Shown in pieces: positions 38,094 through 48,254 of a stretch of DNA of 64,000 nt. Made by a program: the position numbers and the translations under genes. The stretch's first letter is position 1, and each line of letters opens with the position of its first letter. The stretch spans positions 18,023 to 82,022 of the forward strand of contig CAKVGH010000001.1 of the NCBI GenBank assembly GCA_934747255.1, in the 5' to 3' direction. Source of the DNA: an uncultured Clostridia bacterium. GTDB lineage: Bacteria; Bacillota; Clostridia; Christensenellales; UBA1242. The notes beneath the pieces were generated by a model. It was not told the DNA's origin. It worked only from the letters and a program-made list of their open reading frames with translations, and searched no databases.

Positions 38094-38882
38094 TTACATA
38101 ATAATGTTATCTTTAATAATTTTCAAAACTTGATTATGAACTTTTTTGTTGCTAATCAAAGCACCTTTAATAGATTTGTCATATCGTTGGTCATTACCAA
38201 ACAAATCAGTAACTTTACCACCCGCTTCTTCAACAATAACTTTTACCGCTGCAATATCACAATGCTTATGAGTCGTACCTACAAATATAGCCATAGTATA
38301 ATCTCCTGTTGCCACGCAACAACTTACTCTTGCAATACTGCCTATGTCGTTTACACGAGTAACTTTTCGTAACTCCTTAAACACATCAATCACATCTATT
38401 TTTTCTTTTGTCCACATATCACAGTGACACACTGCTCTAATGTCGTCTAAATCATAGTCATTTACATTGATTTTTTCATCGTTAATAAAAGCACCGTGAC
38501 CTTTTATTGCAGAATACATATTGTTCATAAATGGGTCATAAACCACACCAACAACAGAAACACCATCAATAACTAACGCAAGAGAAAACACAGCAACTGG
38601 AATATGTCTAGCATACATCGCAGTACCATCAACTGGGTCACACACCCATTTGTATTTACTTTCACCAAATTGCTCTTCTTCTCCATCGACTGCGTGATTT
38701 GGATACTGCTCTTTAACTCTTTTTATCAAATATGAGTTAATTTCTAGGTCGGCTAGCGTTACTATTGTTTTATCGCCTTTATATTTACCGCCATTATCTA
38801 AAACAAAATATTTTTTCATTATTTCGCCAGCATCTCTTGCTAGGCTTTTAGCAAATGTTAAATATTCCAAGTAATTTTCCAT
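38094..38882 (-). CDS. inositol-monophosphatase family protein (SuhB/HisN-like)
   Basis: WVCDPVDGT motif and a C-terminal GG-containing block. Start refined to MENYLEY after AAGGAGAA. Confidence 0.75.
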   Translation of the reverse strand: MENYLEYLTFAKSLARDAGEIMKKYFVLDNGGKYKGDKTIVTLADLEINSYLIKRVKEQYPNHAVDGEEEQFGESKYKWVCDPVDGTAMYARHIPVAVFSLALVIDGVSVVGVVYDPFMNNMYSAIKGHGAFINDEKINVNDYDLDDIRAVCHCDMWTKEKIDVIDVFKELRKVTRVNDIGSIARVSCCVATGDYTMAIFVGTTHKHCDIAAVKVIVEEAGGKVTDLFGNDQRYDKSIKGALISNKKVHNQVLKIIKDNIIM

Positions 38883-38935
38883 AATATTCTCCTTTGTTAG
38901 TTCCAAATTATGTCAAATCAAGTCAAGTTTTAGCA

Positions 38936-41638
38936 CTAATTTTTACCACAGCAGTTTTTGTATTTTTTACCGCTACCGCAAGGGCAAGGGTCATTTCTAC
39001 CAATTTGTTTTGTTGTTCTTCTAACGGTTTGAGAGCCTTTTTCAACAGGAGTTGCATTGGCTTTAATATTTTTCTTTTGTTCTTGCATTGGTCTTTGAAC
39101 AACCTTTTCGATATGAGCATTCAAAATCATTTTTGCTGTATTTGTACGAATATTTGAAATCATATTTTCAAACATATCGTAACCTTCTTGTTTGTAGGCT
39201 GAAACTGGGTCTGTACGAGTTAAAATTTCTCGTTTTAACATTGTCATTGTGTCGATATGTTCTACCCACGCATTGTCAACCTTGTTAAGAAGTACCCATC
39301 TTTCTAGACGCTTAAAGCCGTCATCAAGTTGCATAATTTCGTTTACTTCTTTTTCCTTGTCGTCAAGGCGTTTTAGAGTTGCTTCGTAAGTCATATCAAC
39401 AATATCACTTACTTCTTTTCCTTCGACATTTTGTTCATTGAATAGGTTAGTATCTTTTGGCAAAATGTATTCTTCTAGTCGCTTATTTAGGTTATCTAAA
39501 TCCCATTCATAGTAGCCTTTATCTTCACTAATATTTTCTCTAACCGTTGTTTCGATTAGTTCGTGAACCATATCCAAAATTTCATCGTGGAAATCATCGC
39601 CTTCAAGCAACTTATCTCTTTGACCATAGATAACATTTCTTTGTTCGCTCAATACATCATCAAATTGAAGCAATGACCTACGAACAGCAAAGTTATTACT
39701 TTCCACTCTCTTTTGAGCATTTTCGATTTGTCTAGAAATAAATTTCATTTGGAAAAGTGGTTCATCTTCACTCATCTTAAACATATCAGCAATTCGTTTT
39801 AGTCTGTCGCCACCAAAAATTCTTGCAATATCATCTTCAAGCGAAATAAAGAATATACTTTCGCCTGGGTCACCCTGACGACCACTTCTACCACGAAGCT
39901 GATTGTCGATACGCCTTGATTCGTGACGCTCTGTACCGATAATATAAAGTCCACCTAGGTTGATTACTTCTTCCTTTTCCTTGTCGGTTTCCTTTTTGAA
40001 TTCGTTATATAATTCATTGTATCTTGCCTTTGCTTCTAGTAGTTTTTCGTCAGTAGTTGGAGCAAATGAAGTACAATCAATAATGTATTGTTCTTCAAAA
40101 CCCTCTTGCTTCATTCGTTGTTTTGCCAAAAATTCAGCATTACCACCAAGCAAAATATCAGTTCCACGACCAGCCATATTGGTTGCAATAGTTACAGCAC
40201 CAACTTTACCTGCTTGGGCAACAATTTCACTTTCCTTTTCGTGATTTTTAGCATTCAATACATTATGCTTAACACCTGCTTTTTTGAGCGCTGATGAAAT
40301 TTCTTCACTCTTTTCAACCGTAACAGTACCAACTAGAATTGGTTGTCCTGTTTGATGACGAGATATGATTTCGTCAATAATAGCATTGAGTTTACCTTTT
40401 TTGGTAGAATAAACAATATCAATATCGTCTTTTCTTCTAATAGGCTTGTTTGTTGGAATTGTTACAACATCGAGTTTGTAAATCTTGTTAAATTCGGTTT
40501 CTTCGGTCTTTGCTGTACCTGTCATACCCGACAACTTTTTGTAAAGTCTAAAGTAGTTTTGGTAAGTGATAGTTGCAACTGTCAAGTTTTCGTCATTTAC
40601 CTTAACGCCTTCCTTGGCTTCGATTGCTTGATGTAAGCCATCACTAAATCTTCTACCCGGCATAACACGACCAGTAAATTCATCAACGATTAAAACTTCG
40701 CCTTTTTCGTTAACGATATAATCGCTGTCTAGGTGCATCATAAAGTTGGCTCTTAAAGCATTGTTGATGTAATGGTTGATTTCCATATTTTCAACATCAG
40801 AAAGGTTGTCGATACCATAAAATCTTTCTGCTTTTTCAACACCTTTTTCGGTTAACCTGATTTGCTTTCTTTCTTCGTCAATTTCAAAGTCTTCATCACG
40901 CTTTAACCCCCTAACAAATGCTTGGGCTTTGTCGTAATCTTCGCTACTTCTAAAACCTTTACCACCGCTGATAATAAGAGGCGTCCTTGCTTCATCAATT
41001 AAAACGCTATCAACTTCGTCCACAATAGCAAAGTTGTGTCCCCTTTGCACTTTTTGTTCCAATCTAACGCACATATTGTCACGAAGATAGTCAAAACCAA
41101 ACTCACTATTTGTTCCGTAAGTAATATCTTTTTTGTAGGCTTCACGCTTTTTGTTGTCGTCCATTCCAGAAAGTGTAATACCAACACTTAATCCCTGAAA
41201 TTCAAAAACTTTGCCCATCCATTCGCTATCACGCTTTGCCAAGTATTCGTTTACTGTAACGATATGCACGCCCTTGCCAGATAGAGCATTCAAAAAGGCT
41301 GGTAATGTTTCGGTAAGTGTTTTACCTTCACCAGTTCTCATTTCGGCAATACGACCTTGATGAAGGGCAATTCCGCCCAAAATTTGAACATAATAGTGTT
41401 TTTGTTTTAATACTCTGTAACTTGCTTCTCTGTTGCAAGCATAAGCATCTGGCAAAATGTCATTTAGAGTTTCGCCATTCGCCAATCTATCTTTCAAAAC
41501 TTGTGTTTGTGCTTTTAATTCATCATCTGTCATAGAAGCATATTTTTCATCAAGAGCAACTACCTTGTCGGCAATAACTTTTAACTTTTTAATGTTTCTT
41601 GAATTATCAGATGCAAATAAATATGAAAATAATCCCAT
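38936..41638 (-). CDS. secA: preprotein translocase ATPase SecA
   Basis: MRTGEGKT Walker A, DEVDSVLIDEARTPLIIS, C-terminal zinc motif CPCGSGKKYKNCCG. Confidence 0.95.
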   Translation of the reverse strand: MGLFSYLFASDNSRNIKKLKVIADKVVALDEKYASMTDDELKAQTQVLKDRLANGETLNDILPDAYACNREASYRVLKQKHYYVQILGGIALHQGRIAEMRTGEGKTLTETLPAFLNALSGKGVHIVTVNEYLAKRDSEWMGKVFEFQGLSVGITLSGMDDNKKREAYKKDITYGTNSEFGFDYLRDNMCVRLEQKVQRGHNFAIVDEVDSVLIDEARTPLIISGGKGFRSSEDYDKAQAFVRGLKRDEDFEIDEERKQIRLTEKGVEKAERFYGIDNLSDVENMEINHYINNALRANFMMHLDSDYIVNEKGEVLIVDEFTGRVMPGRRFSDGLHQAIEAKEGVKVNDENLTVATITYQNYFRLYKKLSGMTGTAKTEETEFNKIYKLDVVTIPTNKPIRRKDDIDIVYSTKKGKLNAIIDEIISRHQTGQPILVGTVTVEKSEEISSALKKAGVKHNVLNAKNHEKESEIVAQAGKVGAVTIATNMAGRGTDILLGGNAEFLAKQRMKQEGFEEQYIIDCTSFAPTTDEKLLEAKARYNELYNEFKKETDKEKEEVINLGGLYIIGTERHESRRIDNQLRGRSGRQGDPGESIFFISLEDDIARIFGGDRLKRIADMFKMSEDEPLFQMKFISRQIENAQKRVESNNFAVRRSLLQFDDVLSEQRNVIYGQRDKLLEGDDFHDEILDMVHELIETTVRENISEDKGYYEWDLDNLNKRLEEYILPKDTNLFNEQNVEGKEVSDIVDMTYEATLKRLDDKEKEVNEIMQLDDGFKRLERWVLLNKVDNAWVEHIDTMTMLKREILTRTDPVSAYKQEGYDMFENMISNIRTNTAKMILNAHIEKVVQRPMQEQKKNIKANATPVEKGSQTVRRTTKQIGRNDPCPCGSGKKYKNCCGKN

Positions 41639-42037
41639 TAAAAATCTCCTAACTATCGCATATTAGTCAATAATATAATACAACATTTACCTTTTTTTGC
41701 AAACAAAATCAAATAAATTAAATCATATATTTATAATAAATTTGTAATATTTACTATTATGTTGAAGCAAAATAAGTAGACACTTTTTTAATCTTTTCAA
41801 CTAAAAGTACACCCCAAAATTTAACTGCAGTAAAATAAATAGAATAATACATACTTAACGGCTTTACAATAAAAAATGTCCTAGAAAACAAAAAAATATT
41901 TTTTCAAACTTAATACCAAACATTTTCATTCAAACAATCAGCAAATATTTCCTGTCAAAGTTCTTGATAATTTTCCTTTATTCTCTTTGATATTACATCT
42001 CATATTAACCCCAAAATGATTTTTTTACAAAATACAC

Positions 42038-42066
42038 TTGACAACTACTCAAAAATAGTATAAACT
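42038..42066 (+). promoter_or_regulatory. sigma-A-type promoter for tRNA-fMet
   Basis: TTGACA, 17 nt, TAAACT, ending 18 nt before the tRNA. Confidence 0.5.
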
Positions 42067-42084
42067 TAATGAGTCAATAAATAT

Positions 42085-42160
42085 CGCGGGGTGGAGCAGC
42101 TGGCAGCTCGTCGGGCTCATAACCCGAAGGTCGATAGTTCGAGTCTATCCCCCGCAACCA
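42085..42160 (+). tRNA. initiator tRNA-fMet(CAU), CCA encoded
   Basis: C1-A72 mismatch, three consecutive G-C pairs closing the anticodon stem (GGG/CCC), anticodon CAT. Confidence 0.85.
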
Positions 42161-42162
42161 GT

Positions 42163-42194
42163 AAAAAGAAGCACGGCTTGGTGCTTCTTTTTTT
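42163..42194 (+). terminator. terminator after tRNA-fMet
   Basis: AGAAGCAC-ggcttg-GTGCTTCT hairpin followed by a T-run. Confidence 0.75.
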
Positions 42195-42372
42195 ATTTTC
42201 TTCGGGCTATATGCTATGCTGGCAAATAACAGAAGTGAAGTATCAATTGAAGGATGTTTTTGTTTTCTTACTAAGAGTTATATTATTTTCAATTTCATTA
42301 AAAACACTAATTATAGATTTACAAATTAAATAAAAAAATGTATTATTAAATTATGAAAAAAAGTTAAATCGA

Positions 42373-44508
42373 TTGTTCGATAGTGAATTGTACGAATGGG
42401 AATGTTCTGATATTATTATGTTTTGTGATTATCTTACTTCTTTTGAAAGTTTAAAAATCGATGATTTCATAAATCAATTCGAATACATCAATCAAATAGC
42501 ATTTAATTGGAGCAATTTTGAAAGAAAAAGTTTTTACAGGGCTTTTTTTGAACAAATATATCACATCAATTGTGATAGCATACTTTCTTTTATTAATGGG
42601 CTAAATGATTTTTCTCTCAAAAATAAATTTAATATCTTGGCAAACGAAAATTTTTCAAAGAACAATTTTTCAGCTATTATAGAAATAATATCTTATCTAT
42701 TTTGTGACTTACCATACTTCCTACTCTCCTATTCGGACGATATTTTAGATTTTATTTATATCTCATTAAAACAAAGTTCAGCTTATACAAAGTTTTCTAA
42801 AAACAAAGTTTCAATAAATGAATATGAACCAATTATGCTTTTTTTAGAAAAGTTTTTATTAAAAAATCTTAATGATTTTAATTTTTGTTTTAATAATCAA
42901 ATGAATCAATCAGAAATTAATAGTTTTTCTTGGAACTCAATTTCCAAAGGACTCTCTTGTTTGTATTATTATAAAAACACACTTGGTAATGAAAATGAAT
43001 GCTTTTCTTTATCAAATGTAAAAAATATCATTGCATGTAAACAAAATCTTGGAGACTTATCACTGGACGAATTTTTATACAATTTAATATTAAATGGAAG
43101 AAAAGATATTTTTGAAGAATTATTAAATATTATTATTTTTAATCCTAAAGAGTTTTTAGAATGTTTTACGCATTGTTATAAATTATATGAAATAACCTGC
43201 ATTCCCGACAAAACACTTGCTTTGTTTATAAAAAATAAAACACTATTTACTGTAAATTATAAATTAAAGTGTGAATTCTTTTTGGATAGAGTTAAATCTT
43301 TAGCCTTCGATATTCAAAAAATAAATAAAAATCTTATTAATAAAATTGTTACAAATAGCTTATGGTTGATTGAATTAATTAAAAAATGTATTGATATATA
43401 TAATATCGAAAAAACAAATAAATGCATAAAATTTATCACTTACTTCGAAAGACGCTATACTGAAAATTCATTAGTAAAAGATAATAATAAAAAATACACA
43501 CTAGATATTGATAGTTTATACAACAAAGAAGAAATACATTCGTTTACTGAATCCTTAACAACTGATAGAATGGAAAAAGAAATATTTAATAAATTATTAA
43601 CTCTTAACAATTTTCCTATTAATACTGGATTTAATTACTCATTCAACTACATACTTTACCCTTTTAATAAATGTAGTTTTGAAATAAATGATGAAGATGG
43701 TACAAGTACAGACGAAATTGAGTTGAAAGACTATTTACTTAAACAAAATATTAATTTAACAAATTTAGACTATTCATATATAAGAACAATATGGAATGAG
43801 TATGATGATATTTTTAACTTACAGAATAATAGTGATTTCAGAAAAATTTTTAACAACACAATACATCTGGATTTAACGGAATTATGTACAAATATTATAT
43901 CATTAAATGATTATTCAGAAAAAATAGAAATAGAAAATAAAAATCGTGCTTTTCAAAAGATTTTGCCATATTTATATAACGATATATTAAAAAATAATTC
44001 TAACCTATTTAGATTAATTGATAAAAATCAAATTATAATAAATATGTTTGCCACTAGTGAATTTTTATTAAAATCCCAACAAAATCCAAATAAGATTATT
44101 GAAAGCGATTTAACATTTATAGCAGTAAATTCGATAAAAGCAACAGAACTATTTTTTGAAAGTACAATAAATTTTATTGTAAATAATAATTCTAAACACA
44201 TAAAAAATCTGTATATTAAAAATATAAAAGGAGATTTTGTTAACATTAAAAATAGTTCTTGGAGTGAGAAGTGTACAATTGGAAATATGCATATTTATCT
44301 TTCTAAAAATATTTTTGAAGGCAATATTAAAAAACAAGATTTAGATGAATTTAATAAGTTAACTCAAAATTGGATTAACACAATTAGAAATGATTATCTA
44401 CATAAAAAACGAATCAATAACATTACAATCACAAATGACTGTATAAACACATCTATGGAAGTAATTAATAAAGTTTTAATGTTAGTGAAAAAATTAATTA
44501 AAAGTTAA
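42373..44508 (+). CDS. large, very AT-rich hypothetical protein with a C-terminal HEPN-like Rx4H motif (start uncertain)
   Basis: 711 aa, rich in N/I/K/F. WINTIRNDYLHKKR lies 34 aa from the C-terminus (R-N-x-x-x-H, as in many HEPN RNase families). No RBS at the TTG track start. Confidence 0.4.
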   Translation: MFDSELYEWECSDIIMFCDYLTSFESLKIDDFINQFEYINQIAFNWSNFERKSFYRAFFEQIYHINCDSILSFINGLNDFSLKNKFNILANENFSKNNFSAIIEIISYLFCDLPYFLLSYSDDILDFIYISLKQSSAYTKFSKNKVSINEYEPIMLFLEKFLLKNLNDFNFCFNNQMNQSEINSFSWNSISKGLSCLYYYKNTLGNENECFSLSNVKNIIACKQNLGDLSLDEFLYNLILNGRKDIFEELLNIIIFNPKEFLECFTHCYKLYEITCIPDKTLALFIKNKTLFTVNYKLKCEFFLDRVKSLAFDIQKINKNLINKIVTNSLWLIELIKKCIDIYNIEKTNKCIKFITYFERRYTENSLVKDNNKKYTLDIDSLYNKEEIHSFTESLTTDRMEKEIFNKLLTLNNFPINTGFNYSFNYILYPFNKCSFEINDEDGTSTDEIELKDYLLKQNINLTNLDYSYIRTIWNEYDDIFNLQNNSDFRKIFNNTIHLDLTELCTNIISLNDYSEKIEIENKNRAFQKILPYLYNDILKNNSNLFRLIDKNQIIINMFATSEFLLKSQQNPNKIIESDLTFIAVNSIKATELFFESTINFIVNNNSKHIKNLYIKNIKGDFVNIKNSSWSEKCTIGNMHIYLSKNIFEGNIKKQDLDEFNKLTQNWINTIRNDYLHKKRINNITITNDCINTSMEVINKVLMLVKKLIKS

Positions 44509-44532
44509 ATTGAAGATATAAAAGGACAAAGT

Positions 44533-44937
44533 ATGGAACAAAAGAGAATTATTGCGGTGGCTGGAATTATTGAAGGTGCTGACGGAAAAATTTTATGCAC
44601 ACAAAGAGATAAAAGCAAAAATGATGAAGTATCATTTAAGTGGGAGTTTCCCGGTGGAAAAATGGAATATGGCGAAACAGCCAAGCAAACAATCGCCCGA
44701 GAATTAAAAGAAGAATTGGACATTGATGTGATAGTTGAAAACCTATATTACACTGTCGAATTTGACTACCCTAATTTTCATTTATCAATGCCTGTTTACA
44801 AATGCAAAATGTTGAGCAAAAACTACAAGCTTAATGTACACAAAAGTGCAATGTGGTTAGAAAAATCCAAGATTTTAAGTCTAGACTGGGCACCAGCAGA
44901 TTTATTGATAGCAAAGCAGATACTAAAACAAGGCTAG
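44533..44937 (+). CDS. Nudix hydrolase (MutT/CTP-pyrophosphohydrolase-like)
   Basis: Canonical Nudix box GKMEYGETAKQTIARELKEELDI. AAGGA RBS. Confidence 0.8.
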   Translation: MEQKRIIAVAGIIEGADGKILCTQRDKSKNDEVSFKWEFPGGKMEYGETAKQTIARELKEELDIDVIVENLYYTVEFDYPNFHLSMPVYKCKMLSKNYKLNVHKSAMWLEKSKILSLDWAPADLLIAKQILKQG

Positions 44938-45252
44938 ATTTTTGGTGCTATGGAGTGGAACTTTTGAATGACCATTAGGCAAATATATTGGATATAAACT
45001 ATTTTATCTAGTGCAATTACACCTGATCATATAAAATTTTATACTATACTTTTTAGATTTTATAGTAATACAACTAGAATTTTGAAAAATCGTTATTTTA
45101 TTTAAGAATATAATTTATGTAACAAAAACAAATATGCAAAATAAGTAATAAATACCAATTTTACTGACAAGTTTATTAAGTTAACAGACTATTTTTTATG
45201 AGTTCATTTAATAAATTTCTAAATATGCAATTACCATTTTTAATTACCGATT

Positions 45253-45284
45253 ACAACAAAAAACACTACTTTAAGAAAGTGTGT
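45253..45284 (-). terminator. terminator of the MoxR-vWA operon
   Basis: On the minus strand: CACAC(T)TTCTTAAAGTAGTG hairpin followed by TTTTTG. Confidence 0.5.
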
Positions 45285-45386
45285 CGAATAAATCATTTGG
45301 CAAACTTATAATAAGCAGTGTTTTTTATTTTATTTTTATTTTTTATATCTTTATAAAGTTATATGGTTTTATAGTTTTACACAGAC

Positions 45387-46634
45387 TTATTGCACAAGAG
45401 TTTCGCTATCATTGTTTGAGTCATCTTTATTACTTTCGTCTTTTGTATGTTTGTTGTTTTTCTTTTCCAATGCTTTTTTTATCAATTTATCTCTATATAT
45501 TTCAGCAGGTGACTTTCCATAATCTATTTCTTCTTGCGTCTTATATTGAAGAGATAATTCTTCTAGTTCTTGTGCTGTTTTAACAGTAAATGCCTCGGTT
45601 AAAAAATTATCTTCTTCAAAATCTACATTTAGTTTTGTTGGTTTAGTTTGCAAAGCAGTATTATTCAAGGTATCGGTTTTTATGTTTTGTCCATTAAGAT
45701 AACTTAAAATTAAGTTATTTTGCCAAAAATCATCGTTTGCGTTTTCAAGGTTAGTAACAAATGGAATACCAGAAATTAAGCCGTTTTTTGCTTGAACTTT
45801 TATCTTAAAATGACGCTTAAAATTTTTTTGAATTGCTATTTGAGTTTCATCAACATTCAAAACTTTCCATTTGATTGGCTCAACTTTTACCCATAAATAA
45901 TCGCCTTCTACATTATTTAACAAATTGCCGTCACACAAATTTCTGTCTATGTTATTCAACTCTTTATCTGTACGATTTATTCTTGTTCTAACATACAATT
46001 TTTTGTCATAAACAAATTCTTCGTTTTTAATAAATCTGGAAATTTTTTTATCAAAATAGCCTAGATATGTTTTGCCTGTTGCAACCAAAATGTTTGACTT
46101 GTAAAGTTGTTCCAATCTTTTATTAAAATTTTTACCAACATAGTTTGAAGGAAACTCTCCCACTTCAATATAATAGTAGTCTTTTCCCATTTCGTCAACG
46201 CCAGTTCTTAACTGCTTATCAAGTGGTCCGCCAAATTTTATTAAGCCTTCAATATCAAAACTAGCTCGCGGAACTATTGTGAGTGAGTTCCTATCTATTG
46301 AGTCCCAATTGATTAGTGAATGACCAAAGTTGTTTGTAGATTGAACTAATCTGCCAAACCCTTCGGTACATTTATACATAAAGAAACTTTGAATAGGATA
46401 AAAGCAAAATCTATTTTGATGATAAAATGGATTTTCTAATGCAAAAGCACCACAACATAAAGCATAATCGTTGGCTATAATTACTTTCATTTGAGGCTCT
46501 TTTTGAGAATCAATCTCTTTTAGAGTTGGTAAATGAAACAAATTTTCAGTTTTTATATGTCTTGTTTTGCCTTCGTTCAAAATACAAATTTCATTTTCAG
46601 TAACTTTTATTATCTCTCGTAAATCGACTGACAT
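45387..46634 (-). CDS. hypothetical 415-aa protein, last gene of the MoxR-vWA operon
   Basis: GGAGG RBS, 64 nt after the vWA gene stop. No recognisable catalytic motif. K/D/E/N-rich tail. Confidence 0.45.
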   Translation of the reverse strand: MSVDLREIIKVTENEICILNEGKTRHIKTENLFHLPTLKEIDSQKEPQMKVIIANDYALCCGAFALENPFYHQNRFCFYPIQSFFMYKCTEGFGRLVQSTNNFGHSLINWDSIDRNSLTIVPRASFDIEGLIKFGGPLDKQLRTGVDEMGKDYYYIEVGEFPSNYVGKNFNKRLEQLYKSNILVATGKTYLGYFDKKISRFIKNEEFVYDKKLYVRTRINRTDKELNNIDRNLCDGNLLNNVEGDYLWVKVEPIKWKVLNVDETQIAIQKNFKRHFKIKVQAKNGLISGIPFVTNLENANDDFWQNNLILSYLNGQNIKTDTLNNTALQTKPTKLNVDFEEDNFLTEAFTVKTAQELEELSLQYKTQEEIDYGKSPAEIYRDKLIKKALEKKNNKHTKDESNKDDSNNDSETLVQ

Positions 46635-46698
46635 TTCGCCTCCTGTTAATAATTATTGAAACATTTTATCATTAAAATTTTTTCTTACATAATATAAT

Positions 46699-48246
46699 TT
46701 ACATTGTAAGTTGTTCATCGTCTTCTAATTTGGTTTTTTTCTTAAAATCCATAATGTCTTGTGGGTCAACAAATATAACTTTTCCATTGTCTGGGTGAAA
46801 ATGTGGATTTTGAAAAGATACCCAAATTATATCTTTTCGTGGATTTACAATACCAGCATCGCCACCGTCTTGACCATCTGTAAAACATATTTTGTTAATA
46901 TTTTTATCTTTTGAAAATGACTTACTTGCAACATCAAAATTTGTTCCGCCATAAATACTTATTCTTAAATTATCAATATCTTTTTCGGTTTTGATTTCCT
47001 GAAAACCTGAAAAGTCATCAGCAAAGAATCCTACTTTGATTTTTGAATTTTTTAAGATAGTTTTTACTTGTCTTAAAAATGCTCGCAACAATTCTTCACT
47101 AACCGAACCACTGACATCAAGAATAATCTCGGTTTCTGCTTGCTCATCATATTCATAATCTTCAATTCGCATAGCATAGTTATTATCTTTTGATGAGAAC
47201 TTTCTGCCCCATCTTTCGTCTTCTATTTCCAACTCTTTTTTCAATCTTCTTTTCCAGTTATAAACTGCTTTTGATGCACTTCCAACTGGTCCTAATGCTT
47301 CATCTATGCCAGCATTACCGCCATCTCCATTGTTTCTAATGTTTTCTTGAAGTTGCTCTTTAATTCTCTTTGCCAAAGCCTTTCTTTCTTGACGGTTTTT
47401 ATCGAACTCTTTTTTCTCGTCAATATTTTCACTTTCGCCTTGTTTTTTATCTTTGCCGTCTTTTGCTTGTTGGTCTTGATTTGCTCCCGATGAAGATTGC
47501 TCTTTATTAGGTTGTTTTTTATCAGCATCATCTTTTTGTTTTGATGATTTATTATCTGCATTTGCAGATTTTTCGTTCTTCTCTTTTTCAGCTTGCTTTT
47601 CGGCTTCTTCTACTGCCTTTTTCCACATATCGTGAGAAGGATAATTTTTGTTTTTATTATCATCATTTTGATTTTGGTCAGCAGATTGATTACCACCATT
47701 TTGATTTTGTTGTTGATTATTATTTTGATTTTGTTGACTTCCACTTTGATTAGAGTTTGATTGTCCACCTTGCGATTGTTGTTGATTGTTTTGATTAGAG
47801 TCATTAGACTGGTTTATCTTTTGTTCTTCTTGCTTCTTTTTTTCTTCTTCTAAAAGTTTGTTATAATATTGTTCGGCATTATAATTTATCGCATCTTCAA
47901 AATCTACCCCGCCTTCTACAAATGGCAAATTGTCTTTTTTGAGTTGTTGATTTATAACAGCATCGGTTGCTATATTCCACAAATATCCGTCTCTGTCTTT
48001 ACTTCTTAAAATATGATTAAAAGCAATATGACACACTTCGTGAGCAAATATAAAAATTTGTTCATCATTAGTTAACGACTGCATAAATTGTTCATTAAAG
48101 TAGATAGTTTTTCCGTCTGTTCCAGCAGTAGGTACTGAATCATTTGCAACTTGATATTTAACCTTGTTTATTACCGAACCAAAATAAGGATACTTAATAA
48201 GTAACCTTTTTTTGATTGCGTCAATATCTAACTTTGGTGAGTCCAT
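46699..48246 (-). CDS. HExxH metallopeptidase-like domain + Q/N-rich linker + vWA domain protein (DUF2201-like architecture)
   Basis: N-terminal FAHEVCHIAFNH (HExxH), about 170 aa of low complexity, C-terminal MIDAS-like ILDVSGSVS...GGTNF. Confidence 0.6.
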   Translation of the reverse strand: MDSPKLDIDAIKKRLLIKYPYFGSVINKVKYQVANDSVPTAGTDGKTIYFNEQFMQSLTNDEQIFIFAHEVCHIAFNHILRSKDRDGYLWNIATDAVINQQLKKDNLPFVEGGVDFEDAINYNAEQYYNKLLEEEKKKQEEQKINQSNDSNQNNQQQSQGGQSNSNQSGSQQNQNNNQQQNQNGGNQSADQNQNDDNKNKNYPSHDMWKKAVEEAEKQAEKEKNEKSANADNKSSKQKDDADKKQPNKEQSSSGANQDQQAKDGKDKKQGESENIDEKKEFDKNRQERKALAKRIKEQLQENIRNNGDGGNAGIDEALGPVGSASKAVYNWKRRLKKELEIEDERWGRKFSSKDNNYAMRIEDYEYDEQAETEIILDVSGSVSEELLRAFLRQVKTILKNSKIKVGFFADDFSGFQEIKTEKDIDNLRISIYGGTNFDVASKSFSKDKNINKICFTDGQDGGDAGIVNPRKDIIWVSFQNPHFHPDNGKVIFVDPQDIMDFKKKTKLEDDEQLTM

Positions 48247-48254
48247 ATTTTCTC

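Noticed and set aside
45281-45583. 100-aa plus-strand ORF overlapping the 3' end of the 415-aa gene.
   Set aside because: It is an F/I/L/Y-rich translation of AT-rich DNA with no RBS, and it overlaps a better-supported gene and its terminator.
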